A stretch of DNA of 63,961 nt, counting the filler, from Choristocarpus tenellus KU-1152 (lineage: Eukaryota; Protista; Phaeophyceae): the NCBI GenBank assembly GCA_964200185.2. It is 14 parts of 14 records of this genome, joined end to end, with 100 filler letters (N's around TTAATTAATTAA, not from the genome) between each part and the next. Parts side by side here need not be neighbours in the genome. Positions count along the whole stretch, not along the records: positions 36,292 to 44,227 come from CAXNAD020005371.1; positions 44,328 to 49,524 come from CAXNAD020011540.1; 12 more parts are not named here. One strand, 5' to 3'. Positions 36,445 to 48,227 of the stretch are shown here, piece after piece. The position numbers and the translations under genes were made by a program. Within the stretch, counting starts at the first letter, position 1; every line of letters starts with the position of its first letter. The notes beneath the pieces are model-generated. The model was not told where the DNA came from and searched no databases. It saw nothing but the letters and a program-made list of their open reading frames with translations.

Positions 36445-37215
36445 TATCAAGAGACATGTCTTGCATTTTAAGCTGGGGACACCAGGGAGATGGGCAAGGA
36501 GGGACTTCTTAGATTCTTGGGATGCTTCCCTAGCTCCTCGTCCTGGGGTGCAGGGTTAAGCTAGGTTGGATGGAGGTATAGGAAGGGAGTGGTGTATCAT
36601 AGCTGGTAGTAAAATGCCAAATAGAAAAATGTCTTTCACATTTACGACAACTGTGACTTGTGGGGTTATGATATTTGATAGGCTTTGCATTGGTTTTCCC
36701 CTAAACACATCATCTAGAAAATGTCAGAAGGTGTAATAATAAAAATAATATACTTAAGTATATTCTAGATATAGGAGCTTCAATCGGTGTAACGGTATAT
36801 TTCATACGGTAATAGCGGTATGATAACAGACTCTCCTGTTTTCCACAAATTTATTTTTATTTGAACGAACGGAGTGCGAGGGTTCTTTTGACCCTAGTAG
36901 TTTTAATATCAACAACTTCGTGGTGGAAAGTTTTGGGGGGCTTGGTAAGCAATCAGGACCTTTTCTTCATGAGTTGGCTATGCACGCGGTAGGGGGGAGA
37001 GGGTCGGGATGCGACAGCAGGAAAGGAGCTTTCAAAACCCGTTTACGACAGATAGCGTCTATCACAACTCAAGTGGATCTATCAATATGTGTCATGCGTT
37101 TTAAACTGGAGACACCAAGGAGATGGGCAAGGAGGGGCCTGTCAGGTTCTTAGGATGCTTTCCTAGCTCCTCGCCCTGTGGTATAGGGCTAAGCTAGGTT
37201 GGAGGCATAGGAAGG
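36445..37215 (+). mobile_element. Two tandem 3' ends of a CRE-like (RLE-bearing) non-LTR retrotransposon (36445-36600 and ~36895-37215)
   Basis: NFVVESFGGLGKQSGPFLHELAMHAVGG...RKGAFKTRLRQIASITTQV resembles the CRE-clade C-terminus (P.avEs.G.lg....fl..la...rlSv.lq). The shared tail is CTGG.GACACCA.GGAG.TGGGCAAGGA...GGATGCTT.CCT. Confidence 0.7.
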
Positions 37216-40200
37216 GAGTGTTGTAGGATACCTGATTGTCAGATACTCTGAAAAATATCTTTCACATTTACGACAACTGTTATTTTCACAGGGGTTCTTA
37301 TGGTATTGAACTGGCTTTTCATTGTTTCCTCCCGACACATTTCCAGAATGTCATAGGGCAAAGCAATATAATAATCAGAGTACAACCGTGTAATTCTCTC
37401 CACTATATATTTTTTGTGCGGCAAAAGGTAACTTTTTGCTTGGGTTTGATTGTGATATCATATCTCCATGTCTCTAGAAAATAGACACATCCGACCCACG
37501 CTAATCCCTATTCTCTATTTTGACAGTAATACGAAATATGAATATCGGGTGGTTACTGGGAATGTATTTCTCTTGTGTAAAAACCCGAAAATACTGTGAA
37601 TTCACAGTTGACCAAACATGGGCATACTTTCATAAATAGAAATAGACAAGAAATGGGTAGCCTGCATAGATGTGGCTTCATCTCTATGGATGTGACTACA
37701 AATTCAGAGGGAGACTATAACACAAAATTAATCTGTTCTTACGTTATTGCTGCATTCCTGAGGTTTTACACCCGAGTCAGATCATACCAAATAAGTGGCC
37801 CTCCCTTGTTATATGGGAGTAGCAGGTATGAAGTGAGGGGTGATGAGCAAGATTGAAGTTGGAGAGTCGGTATGTCGTTATTTTTATGGTTTAATATTAG
37901 ATACCGATTGTTATTCTCAACAGTGAACGTATCTTCTTTGTGTGGTAGGTGTTTTTCGAAGGGATTCGTTGGGCTCATCAGTGTTGAATGTTTGGTTAAG
38001 CAGGTTGAAATTTTGGCTAGACGATTTGATCGGGTGAAGATGTTGAGATATCAAAGTCTGCAGGTGTGAAAGCCACCCGTATAAACCAGTTTGGTGTTGC
38101 TGACGCAGAGTCGTTGGTGACTTGGAGATCTTCCACAGTTGTGGAACGCAGAGGTTGATTGCAATAAGTGACAAAACGACACTCCAGGAAGTCCAGCAAG
38201 AGACATACGTGAACGAATCATTGGTTCACCTGATGCGTACGTAAGGGAGACCTTTCGCCTTCAGTTAGCTTGTTACCAAGAGAATGGGGTGGGTACAAGG
38301 TGAAACAAAAGCAACCACCAACACCGCTATCAGCTCTGAGGAACAACAGCTTCGTAAGGGACAGAAATGAGATCCCCTTTTCGGTACAAGGGTGAACGAG
38401 CCCCAGATACATCAATAACATACATCCTCTTTCACGGGTCATCGAACATCCTGCATTATGCGCAGAATAGTATTCACGCGAATAGTCGAGAGTTAGATGT
38501 ATGTGAGCAATTGTGAATATATACTGTAAATGCCAATAATCATGGACACGTGAATTTCTCGTACTCCCCGCATTGATATACCTTGTCCGTGGTGAAAAAC
38601 AATTTTTACTCAATATCGTTAAGGTAAATGTGTATGGGTATATTACGATGAGGCAGAGACCTATTTCTACGGTTGCATTTACAAAAAGTGTAATATGTTG
38701 TTCAAAATTGGTCTTATCTGCATCATTGTCCCAATTGCCTGAAAAGGTATTGTCCATTATTAGGCGTGGTGTGACTTCAAATAGCATATTTTGCTGTCAT
38801 TACTGTTAGTCATTCCCAAATAGCAACGGCGTGATGTATGCCAACTTCATTGTGAATAGAGAGGACGATGCAAATTTTTAGTAGTCTGGTTTAGGTAGTG
38901 ACTATTGTAACGGGACTGTTACGTCTTTACCATCTGAAAATCGTCTTTTTCCATCTTAAAAGGACAGTTGGGGCGTGTTCAACTCTGAATCCATCTCTGT
39001 TTCCGCAGTATATTTTGGTGCGTGTAATGTCTGTCTGTGGTTGTTTTTGTAAGTGACACAACATATTCCACAAGCAAACGAATTCGCATGTAAATTAGCT
39101 GACTTCGTTGTCTTGTGGATTAATCCTTTGTTGGAGACATGTTCTCCAAACCAGTCATACAAGCTACGATATGTCTTTTCCACTATACACTTTGCCATGA
39201 AGACATACTATTGATTGCGTAGATAGTGTATCCACGTGGAATGTGGAAATAAAGTATTATTTGGTGTTGCAGTAGTCCAATGGGCAAACCGTTCTGTGTT
39301 CTTACTGGGGTGTCCTTTACATGCTCCTGGAAATTGGTACGATTCCATCCTTTCTGAACTGCTGCTAATCTGTTTTTGAGACTTTGACGTGTGATGCTAG
39401 TCCTAGATCAGAGATGTACCATTGATTGCAAGTACCTATCTACACGACTACCTGTCTTTGTGCATTATTTTTGGTCGACTGGGAATGTATGGTTCATCTA
39501 GAACATGCCAATGAGGAAATTGTACGTGAGGTGGATATAGGAAGGCTTGTTTGATTCCAGAAGGGGGATCTGCCAAGCTGAAATCTAGCTTTCAGCAACG
39601 TTTCCACTCAGTTTAGTGCCCAACTGATATCTCTTCCCTGCACACTAAAACCTGGTAAAGAAAAATAGATGAAGGGGTGCAAGATGGAAGGAATGAAAGG
39701 AGATTTTTGTAGTTGCAGTACGTTGTAGTTACAACAGGGTAATGTGAGTGTGAGGTGTTTATATGTGCCAAACAGGCGGTGCCTGATTGCCCTGTAAGAT
39801 TCAGAGAAGTATTTTATGTATGGACTGTGGGGGGATTGCATATGGACAATGATAATCCCTGCTTAGAAGATGTAACCCACTGCGACACACCTAACTGATT
39901 TTGACTCTGATGACGAAATAGCTGACTTGTAAGTGCAACATTCATGAACTGAGGGTACAGGTGGAGTTGAGCTGCTTCAACCAATAGTGGATGAATGAAC
40001 GAGGAAGCTCAATGAAGGGGATGGAGCAGTTCCTCCACTGTGGTGCTGGTGCAAAAAGAACATGCTTCACCTAGTGTAGTATCAGGGTTGGTGTGATACT
40101 TTCACCTGTTGCTCCAACTATGTATATATTGTTGTACTTATTTTCAATATTTATTGTAACATTATTGTTAGTCGGTAGAGTGCTTGCTGAGGAGTGAGTA

Positions 40201-40217
40201 TAGTAGGATTAGTAGGG

Positions 40218-40243
40218 AATGATGATGATGATGATGATGATGA
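40218..40243. repeat. (GAT)n microsatellite
   Basis: Direct observation. Confidence 0.9.
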
Positions 40244-40716
40244 TCACTCGTCTTTCTCTTCTCTCTCGCTTGCTTCCTCCATGCATGGACAGTCAGATCA
40301 ACCCTTTCTTGATGCAAGTACATGTATATATATGTGCAGCATCTTAGATGCCCAAGCCATGTGTAGGTAAATTACTTAATATTATTGGAGTATAAGACAG
40401 AACTGACCAATCAGCATATGTTGATAGGTACATATCAGGGTCATAAATTTCTCTGCGTTCAGGGTACTACAGCTACAATGATTAGTAGGTTTGTGGTAGT
40501 AAGTATACCACAAACGATAGTGGGATACTATCACAATACTTTGGACAGTGTTAAAGGGTAACGCTACGTTATCTCATATAATGATGTTTTAAAATGACAT
40601 TTCGTGGTTACAGCATAACCTATGTTACGTTAGAATAGCAACATACGTATGTTATTGACTGGAGTGTTACGAGCACAGTAAACAGTGTATATTTTCTTAT
40701 CTAGTTTATGGACATA

Positions 40717-41588
40717 CAGTGAGTGTATCAATATAAGAGAAAACGGGATATAAGAGAGGGTAAATTGTGTTGTCGCAACTTCTCAGGCTATAAGAGAGGT
40801 TTTGGCGTTTTCTTGCCAATTTTCTCTTATACCGAGCAAACTCACCAATTTTTTTTTTCACCACTTTACGAGTTTCCCCAAAAGCCATGTCTGTAGTTAA
40901 GCAAATTATAACGAAGTAAGGCACAAAGCTGCTCAAGACCAGCAGTACACATTATAGCAATCTTCTCTCTCAGTACTGTACATTACAGTGCATACAGCAT
41001 ATTACATTAAGTTTAGACTGCACCGTACAGATATAACGATGCCCTGCGCAGCGGGATCCGGCTGCAGCATACAGGGTAATACTCCTCGTCCGTCTCATTA
41101 CACATCCCGTAAGTGTCACGTTTGTAATGGCTATCTTCATGACATTTGCGGCGTGTTGTGGATTTTTTTGGCGTGAGTGAAATGAAACACGTGTGCAAGT
41201 TGTGCGTGAGCCCCGCCAATCCAAGCGCAAGGCTTCGAGTCCTCCAGCCAGTGATAACATGGCGTCGAAAGGCCACGATAACCAGAACAAGGGCAAGGGG
41301 AAGGTGCTGCCAAATAACTCTACGGAGAAAGCCTCGTCCTACAAGCCTCGCAATGCTGACAACCGTAAACGCTTGAGCTTTGCAGAGAAGGTGGAAGCGT
41401 TTACACTCCTGAAGATCATGCCGGGATCTGTGGTTGCTCAAAAGCTTGGAATTGGTCATAGCACCCTCTACAAGTCGAAGGAGGCAACAACCATCATGGA
41501 GGAAGCGCAGACTCTGAAGCCTGGCGCCAAGTCCACAAGGGGTGCCAAAAGATGTCGAGGCGTTTCAGCACGTGGATTAAAAGTCTGA
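40717..41588 (+). mobile_element. Truncated pogo/Tigger element: 5' TIR plus frameshifted zinc-finger and HTH-psq transposase N-terminus
   Basis: TA|CAGTGAGTGTATCAATATAAGAGA terminus. RKRLSFAEKVEAFTLLK...SVVAQKLGIGHSTLYK is the CENP-B/Tigger N-terminal HTH. No DDE core present. Confidence 0.8.
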
Positions 41589-41720
41589 AAGTAGGTTGAT
41601 AGTGATCGTGATTGAAATGCCTTTCTGCACTGTCTACTAATGAAGAACATGATTGATTAAAAAAAAAAATTGTGCTCGTTTCTGTCGTCGTACTGTATTA
41701 TCTATACTGTATACTGTAGT

Positions 41721-41835
41721 ATCACAGGTGGCCATTTTGCTCGTAGAGGTATGTCCCACAAGGTGTCCATGTGGGATAAATATATAGGGACACCTTGTAC
41801 AAGGTGTCACAAGGTGCAAATTGGCCACCTGTGAT
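41721..41835. mobile_element. 115-bp MITE-like foldback
   Basis: ATCACAGGTGGCCATTTTGC ... GCAAATTGGCCACCTGTGAT (20-bp inverted repeat, 1 mismatch), with internal ACAAGGTG repeats. Confidence 0.7.
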
Positions 41836-42324
41836 GTACTTCCTACATTTCAACATGGCAGTTCCTGTCTAGTCTGTAAGTGCTCTCTGTACATTGGGTG
41901 TATAGTTGGTGTGTGGTGTCCGAACGTTAATCTTACAACTATGCCGTACAGTACTGAAGCGTGCAATCTGCTACAGTTATACAGCGTAGTAGTCCAGTAC
42001 TGTACTGTACTATTTCCAATCTTGTCGTATGACGATGTTGTAAAGAACAATAAAGTACAGTCAGTACCTGTATGATACAGTGGTACCAGTAGCTTCGCCC
42101 TCTGGGGTTGTCTCGTCATAACGTTTGATGTAGACATTGAATTAAAAAATTAAAAGCATATTCATGATGCCCATCACAAGGCCCTTCAGAGTACGGGCTT
42201 CGTGTTTATTTTTCCCCATTTTTTCATTTTTGAAGAAAGAGCGCTCATATTGGGATTCGAACCATGGATTGTAGGTCACCAAAAGTGGTAACAGATGCAC
42301 TATTACTTGATTAAGGTACAGGGT

Positions 42325-43628
42325 TTAGACGGGAAAAAAGCCTCCCCCACCCTTTCTTCCTATGTGTTCGCGCACCCACGCTTTGACCTCGGCAAGGATG
42401 TCCTCGTCGAGGCCTAGGACGAAACGTCTCTCATAGTGCCCTTTCTCCGACATATTGATGTGGCCCTTAGTTACGAAGTCTCTCTCCCATTTACTCACAG
42501 TTTCTGGCCTGGCCATCGCATATCCTGCTGCCATCTCGAGCGCCATTTGACGGTCTTTCCCTTCGTTCATACACACGTAGAGGATTTACAGTGTTAGAGC
42601 CTTTACTATCACATTTCCTTGTTGAGCGCCGGAAGTGAGCGTTGTTCGTGTTTCCTGGATGGGTGATATTTTATCATCAAGGCGCAAGGGCGAGGGAGGA
42701 CAGGCTTGAGTTGATTGAAAATTGTGGTTATTTCTCGAATGAATGCAGGCTGGGAGAAAGTCTTAAGCAACTTTATACGTCCAACCCCAATTCCAGGAAC
42801 AAAAGTGAATGTATGGCATCTTGCAAGAAGTGGGAGACACCAAAAGCAATCGTGTGAAAATAGTCTCAATCTCACCTCCTCTTCTTCCCTGGCGTCCTCA
42901 TCGATGGCTACCTCCACCTGCTTCGCGATCTCTTTGAAGTAAAGGATTTGATGGTATCGAAAAGTCTCCAAAGCTTCCTTTGTTAACGATCGCTTTCTCC
43001 TCTGCCTTGCAAGCCCTTTCGACCTTCTTTCGGGCTTCAGAGCCCTTGTAGCCCAACCCTAACAACTTTCTCGTTTCCTTAAGCCACTCCGACTCGCACA
43101 GTTTCCAAACAGCCAGGGCCTGCTGCAACTCTCGACTACTTAAGATATTCTACACCCGGGTTTTCACTTAGGCGTTTCCTGAGCGCAATGGCACACAGTC
43201 GCACTGCTCTCTTACCCAACCTTCTCTCGGCCGGCCACTCTGTTTCCTTCGCCCATCGTGACCAGGCTTCCCCACAGACTTTGTCACTGTACCACCTGGT
43301 GATGGACTCACCACTCTCTTCCTGTTTTCCCGAGGTGGAAGAGACTGCAGATTAGTTCTCCGACGTGGTTGAAGACCCAGCCAGGTTTGTGCGGCAATGT
43401 TTCCAATGCATCTTCTCTCGGCACCAATGTCACGACCGCATGATCCATTTCGCGATTGATCATGCTGCTGGCACCATACTACTCGTACTTTCTCATCACC
43501 TAACATCGCACTGAGTGTCACATGGTACTTGCGTTTCTGCCGCCTCTCGACAGAGAATGCATCGAGGGTAGATCCAGGGGGCAGAGTGGCCTTGGCGGCT
43601 CTCCTTGTCTCACTTTCGTGGTTCATGT
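42325..43628 (-). pseudogene. Broken N-terminal part of an IS630/Tc1-mariner-related transposase
   Basis: ETVSKWERDFVTKGHINMSEKGHYERRFVLGLDEDILAEVKAWVREHIGRKG resembles the 'T...W...F....S.rG.h....l.dEd......wvren..rKG' segment of eukaryotic IS630-like transposases. Split over several ORFs and interrupted at 43629 by an LTR. Confidence 0.55.
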
Positions 43629-44227
43629 TGTGCAAAATAGGACAATAGTGAGGTGTACCTTATTTTGTGTATATGAGATTGTTGTGTTGAATTGAGTCCA
43701 TGTGATGTAACTAATAAAATAGTACATCCAGATTATGTATGGAATTATGTGTTGGTATTTATTCTGCATTCAACTAACTTTGACATGACCGTTGACTCAG
43801 ATAGGAAGCACAAATAAATAATAAACAAGCAATTAGAAGACACCATACACAAAGGTCACTCTTCTAAATTTCAACCATCCATTCCTTTTTTCACGTTCAG
43901 CAAAGGGGGTCGTGTGAGGCTTCACACTCTCTCATCTTCACTACTGAGAAATAGCATTACCTCCCAAGGTAATTTGCACAGGTTATGAGCCTAAGTAGTA
44001 TGGAGACTGACCTGAAGAAACTTGCTGTCTGGACAGGGGCGACAGGAAGGTCATTGGAAACCTGGTCAACTTGGAGATTGTCACTGATCGCCTACGCTGG
44101 TGGAAAGGGCTTGTACGAGATTAAAACAAGGGATTACGAGATTAAAACAAGGGACTACGAGATTAAAACAAGGGACTACGAGATTGAAACAAGGGACTAC
44201 GAGATTCCCGAAACACCCATCACCATC
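43629..44227 (+). mobile_element. Ty1/copia 5' LTR (43629-43980), PBS (43981-43992) and gag start (43985 to contig end)
   Basis: The LTR is bounded by a perfect 8-bp inverted repeat TGTGCAAA...TTTGCACA and is followed immediately by GGTTATGAGCC. Gag-like MSLSSMETDLKKLAVWTG...WSTWRLSLIAYAGGKGLYEI. Confidence 0.85.
44113..44206. repeat. 21-bp in-frame tandem repeat in gag (YEIKTRD x4)
   Basis: TACGAGATTAAAACAAGGGAC repeated four times plus a partial unit. Confidence 0.92.
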
Positions 44228-44327
44228 NNNNNNNNNNNNNNNNNNNNNNNNNNNNNNNNNNNNNNNNNNNNTTAATTAATTAANNNNNNNNNNNNNNNNN
44301 NNNNNNNNNNNNNNNNNNNNNNNNNNN

Positions 44328-44580
44328 ATGGCTTCCACTTTATTCCCTTACCAGCAACGTACTGTACTGCTGTGTGGTCATGACTCAGGAAGAAAGGCAC
44401 TTTTCGCGGGAAATATTTACGCGCGCGCCAAACTCGCGTGAATATCTCCCCGAATTTGTACCAAGTCGCCCGAATACGAGAATTCCGGTCCAAAAGCCTA
44501 TTTTTTTTAGTATGTTAAAAAAAACGGTACAAAAATGGGTTTGGTACATAATATTTGGTATAAAAACGGTGTAGGTACTG
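44328..44580 (-). mobile_element. End of a Tc1/mariner-pogo type TIR element (same family as 30951-31228)
   Basis: Reverse-complement match; ends ...CGGTGTAGGTACTG followed by TA. Confidence 0.8.
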
Positions 44581-47149
44581 TATGTGAATCCTTTCTGTTT
44601 TCGTTATAACTACCCAATTTCTTGTGATTATCTACATGTATTGCGAAAACCCCATCTCCACTAACAGTTCATATACGATAATACATAAGGAGTTTGAGAG
44701 CGTATCTTGGAGACTCGATACTGTTCCACAACTGAACCCCATCGAAATTATGAGGAAATGATGAGAAAAGTGGTTGAAGTCGATGCAAAAAGTGTGAGAA
44801 GACAGCGTACTCGATACGAATTTGAGAACATAAAAGTACAAACTCTAGGTGATACAGAAGGTGCAGGAAGGCAAGATGCTTGAGGTGAAGTTGACACGAG
44901 GGTGGCAATGCAGAAGAGGCTGCAAGGCGAGAGGGAGGAGGAGGACTATGGAAGATCTTTGTCGCCACAATATACTGGAAGCTTCTCAGCGCCTCCCATC
45001 AAGAGTTGTTGGTGAACAAAGGGGTAGCAGGTGCCAGAGTGTTTATGACGGTCTGGCGGTGGCAGGGGGTTGCTGTATCTACCGAAGAAGGATATGAATG
45101 CGACGTGAATGACTGGCTCATGGGTCAGCGTGATGGCAGAGCCATGAAGAAAAAACTACGTTTTGGTCCAACCATCCTATCATATGCCGAGCTGATAAAC
45201 TTCAGTTAGGTAGGTCCTGACTATTTGGGCGTGCGTGTGACGGGAGCTGCCTGTATCCACACAGGGCCGTTTTTAGCGACAGCCTCGAGCACTAATTTGA
45301 TCGAGCGCATCGATCGCAATTACATCAGTTGTGCAGTGCATTTGCTTATCTTTGCGCTTGAGACCTCTCGTTCTTTTGCTTGACCACACTCACCATTGCT
45401 TGTCTCGCTGCGAATATTCCGTCAACTCACCCACAGCTCCGCAAGTACCCCGACTCGCCTATTGCCTAGTTTTCTCTTGGCACCAAGGTCAACTCTGATT
45501 CACTTTCTCTCCGTGACAAATACATCTCGTCTGTTCTACCCATTGTCTACTATCCATCTTCCGAGATTGCGTCTGGGGAAATCCCCTCAGTGGACGTGGG
45601 TGATGGGGTAGGTGCTGTGGCCCCCTTGTATGCGGAAGGGGGGACAGCGTCCAGAGTGGAGCCCCACAACAAAGCCGGCGCAGAACTTGTTGTGTCTGAG
45701 GTGAGGCGACTTTGGCCTTTGCTGAGTCGCTATTTGAGTTGAGGGATGTCAAGAACACCGTCGGGGTCGTGAGGCAGTTGACAACCCACGTCAACGATGT
45801 TGTACATCAGCTCATGGGGAACTTCCTCAAGTGCGTGGGGGTTGAGGAGCTTGTGAAACGTCTGCGCGCCGAGGTAAGGTATAGGAGAATGATCAGGAAG
45901 GCAAATGATGAAATTGCCTTGGGTGGTGGAACAGGTGAATGGAAATGGTTTGAGGTAGGTGGTGTGGAATCCTCAGCAGATGTTTTACTGGCACGAGCAT
46001 GTGCAACTTATCCTACTGTAGACTAGGATACAGGTGGTGCTAATTTCCCTTTTTTTTGGTGGTCTTTGCACGATACATACGCTACTCTTTTCAAAAGTCA
46101 TCACATCTTCACCAGAAGGGGTACAGTTCTTCTTGCCCACTACTCCAGAGTAGTTTCTTCGCCTACCATGTCAAGCTCGAAATTTTAATAACAGTCCTCT
46201 CACACACTAGTCAGGGTATTGATAATGACCATAGTTAGAATGGCGATATGTACATACAACCAGGGGTGGTAGTGAGGGTCAGACTTCACACAACGGTGCA
46301 CTAATTACAGACTGGGCACCAAAATGAGAAAAGTGAGGGAAATTTGGGAGAAGGTGGCAGCAGTGAGTGGACTGATTCTAGCATACCATAATCCTACTGT
46401 TAGTACTACTGGCCTGTGCTATTGTAATCTATTGTAGAACGCTATGAAACCACAGTGGGCTGATCGTAAATCTCCACCACTTCATCAAAGATTCTTGTAG
46501 TAATTGTAGCACAGGAAGGATATGTGCTGATTACTGATGTGGTGCAATGCAAATATTTCAGATAGATTGGGGATATTTGGAGCAGACCAGTAGTCTGTAA
46601 TTGTGATGCGCGATTTACGGTGATTGCACCTCTCTGTAGTTACGCCTGCCAACCCTGGTCCTAGCTGCAGAGAGTGGGTTTCAACATCCCTTTGGAAACT
46701 TATTCAGAGGAAGAACCTTTCACAGGAGACACCACCTGTTGTACAGTTTGACACCAGAAATGGAAAGCATTTGTTATCCTTGAAGTCAACCGACAGTCAC
46801 CCTGTGCAAGTTTGTTCTTGTGTAATGTATAGGTTTAGATGATTAAATCGGTTTTAAGGTTGAAAAGTGGGGAGGAGATGGAGGCACTGTCAGAATTCCT
46901 CCATGGTTTGTGCTAAGATTGAGGGTGCGAAGAAGAATACGTAGCAAGTGCACTCTGTAGGCTCACTGTAAATAATAGGCTACTCTATTGATGGCAATGT
47001 TGCTATGTATTGATACGTGTGTTGTTGTGCCCTGTAACTGCTCCATCTTGTTTTTGGTATTTGTCTTGCAATTTTTTTGAAAAGCAAAGCACGACTTTAA
47101 ATAATGATGCTATCTGTCCCAACATATTTCTTCAGTTCTCTTAGTGCTG

Positions 47150-47900
47150 CAAAGTGGATTGCTGTTTACCTTATCGGTATACATGCTCTTCATAGAGGCA
47201 GACGCCTATGAGTGATGGAGAGGGACCCCGAAATACATGGCAACTTGTCAACATCTGGCAGCTTGCTGGGCCGCTGGCCAATGTTGGAAATAGAGGCAGA
47301 AATGGTAATGTACAGACAACCTGACAGAGAGGAAAAATGATTCCTGCAGTAATCGTGGCATGAAGGGCTATGTAATTTAAGCCAAGAAAAGGTGGGTGGC
47401 AAGGTGAGCTGTTCCAGCTGAAGCTGAGAGGGGGGGGTTGCAGATCTAGCCCATGCAGAAGCAGCTGCAACGTCAGCTGCTTGAGTTGAAGTCAAGAGAG
47501 AATGGCGATAGGTATTCTACCTCCGATAACCTGGATTTGTCCTCGTCCCTCACATTGAGACTCCATGATGTGCAAATGTGGAGTAGGGGTCACAGCGCTC
47601 ACAATGTTAGCTCCCCCTGGCCTTGTACCGGGCAATCACTATGTGCAAATCCCAAGGGTAGACACTACCACCACATGTTCCCATAAACCTTCGACCACCA
47701 GAGATGACATTAGGGCTGATTTTTGTCTGTGTCAGTTGTGTCAAGCTCATAAGAGACTTGATTGTGGATATTATGCCATTTCATGAACTCGACAAACTGG
47801 AGAAGCCTGTAGTCTGGGCTTGGATCAGAGCAGAGGAGATGCTCCACAGGGCAGCCACCAGAGTGATAGGGAGGGCCTGTGACTGTCTCTAGCTATAATA
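47150..47900 (+). mobile_element. Possible decayed gypsy gag/protease remnant
   Basis: Weak resemblance to a retroviral-type aspartic protease across broken frames. Confidence 0.25.
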
Positions 47901-48227
47901 ATAACAAATCAGCATACATTAATGAATGCATCATAGGCCAGTCGTAATGAAACCAAGCGCGCTATATGCCAAAATGAATTGGTACAGGTAGGTAGGTCCC
48001 CAAGCGGGTTTGAGTCTGATGGCAATTATCACTATCTGCACAGCTTTCCTATTCTGCAACAGCTACAAACCTTATTTGTACTTTTATTTTTATTTTATTT
48101 GTATGACCCTCCTGTCTCAAAGGATGCTAGGGAAGAAGACACAATTGTCTTGAAACTGAACACCCACACTCCTGGTCCCCTTCCCCACTCAATTTTAATG
48201 ACTCAATAATTCTCTTCGTTGCACAAC

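Noticed and set aside
38218-40320. Possible multi-exon minus-strand gene
   Set aside because: Several exon-like segments, but no phase-consistent model or recognisable domain, and one candidate contains a stop.
42240-42305. tRNA gene (B-box GGTTCGAATCC on the minus strand; similar boxes at ~1395 and ~54193)
   Set aside because: No cloverleaf stems could be built. At most these are tRNA-derived SINE remnants.
45712-46026. 104-aa ORF with a GTAAG donor-like site
   Set aside because: An in-frame stop lies just upstream and no family is recognisable; cannot be supported.
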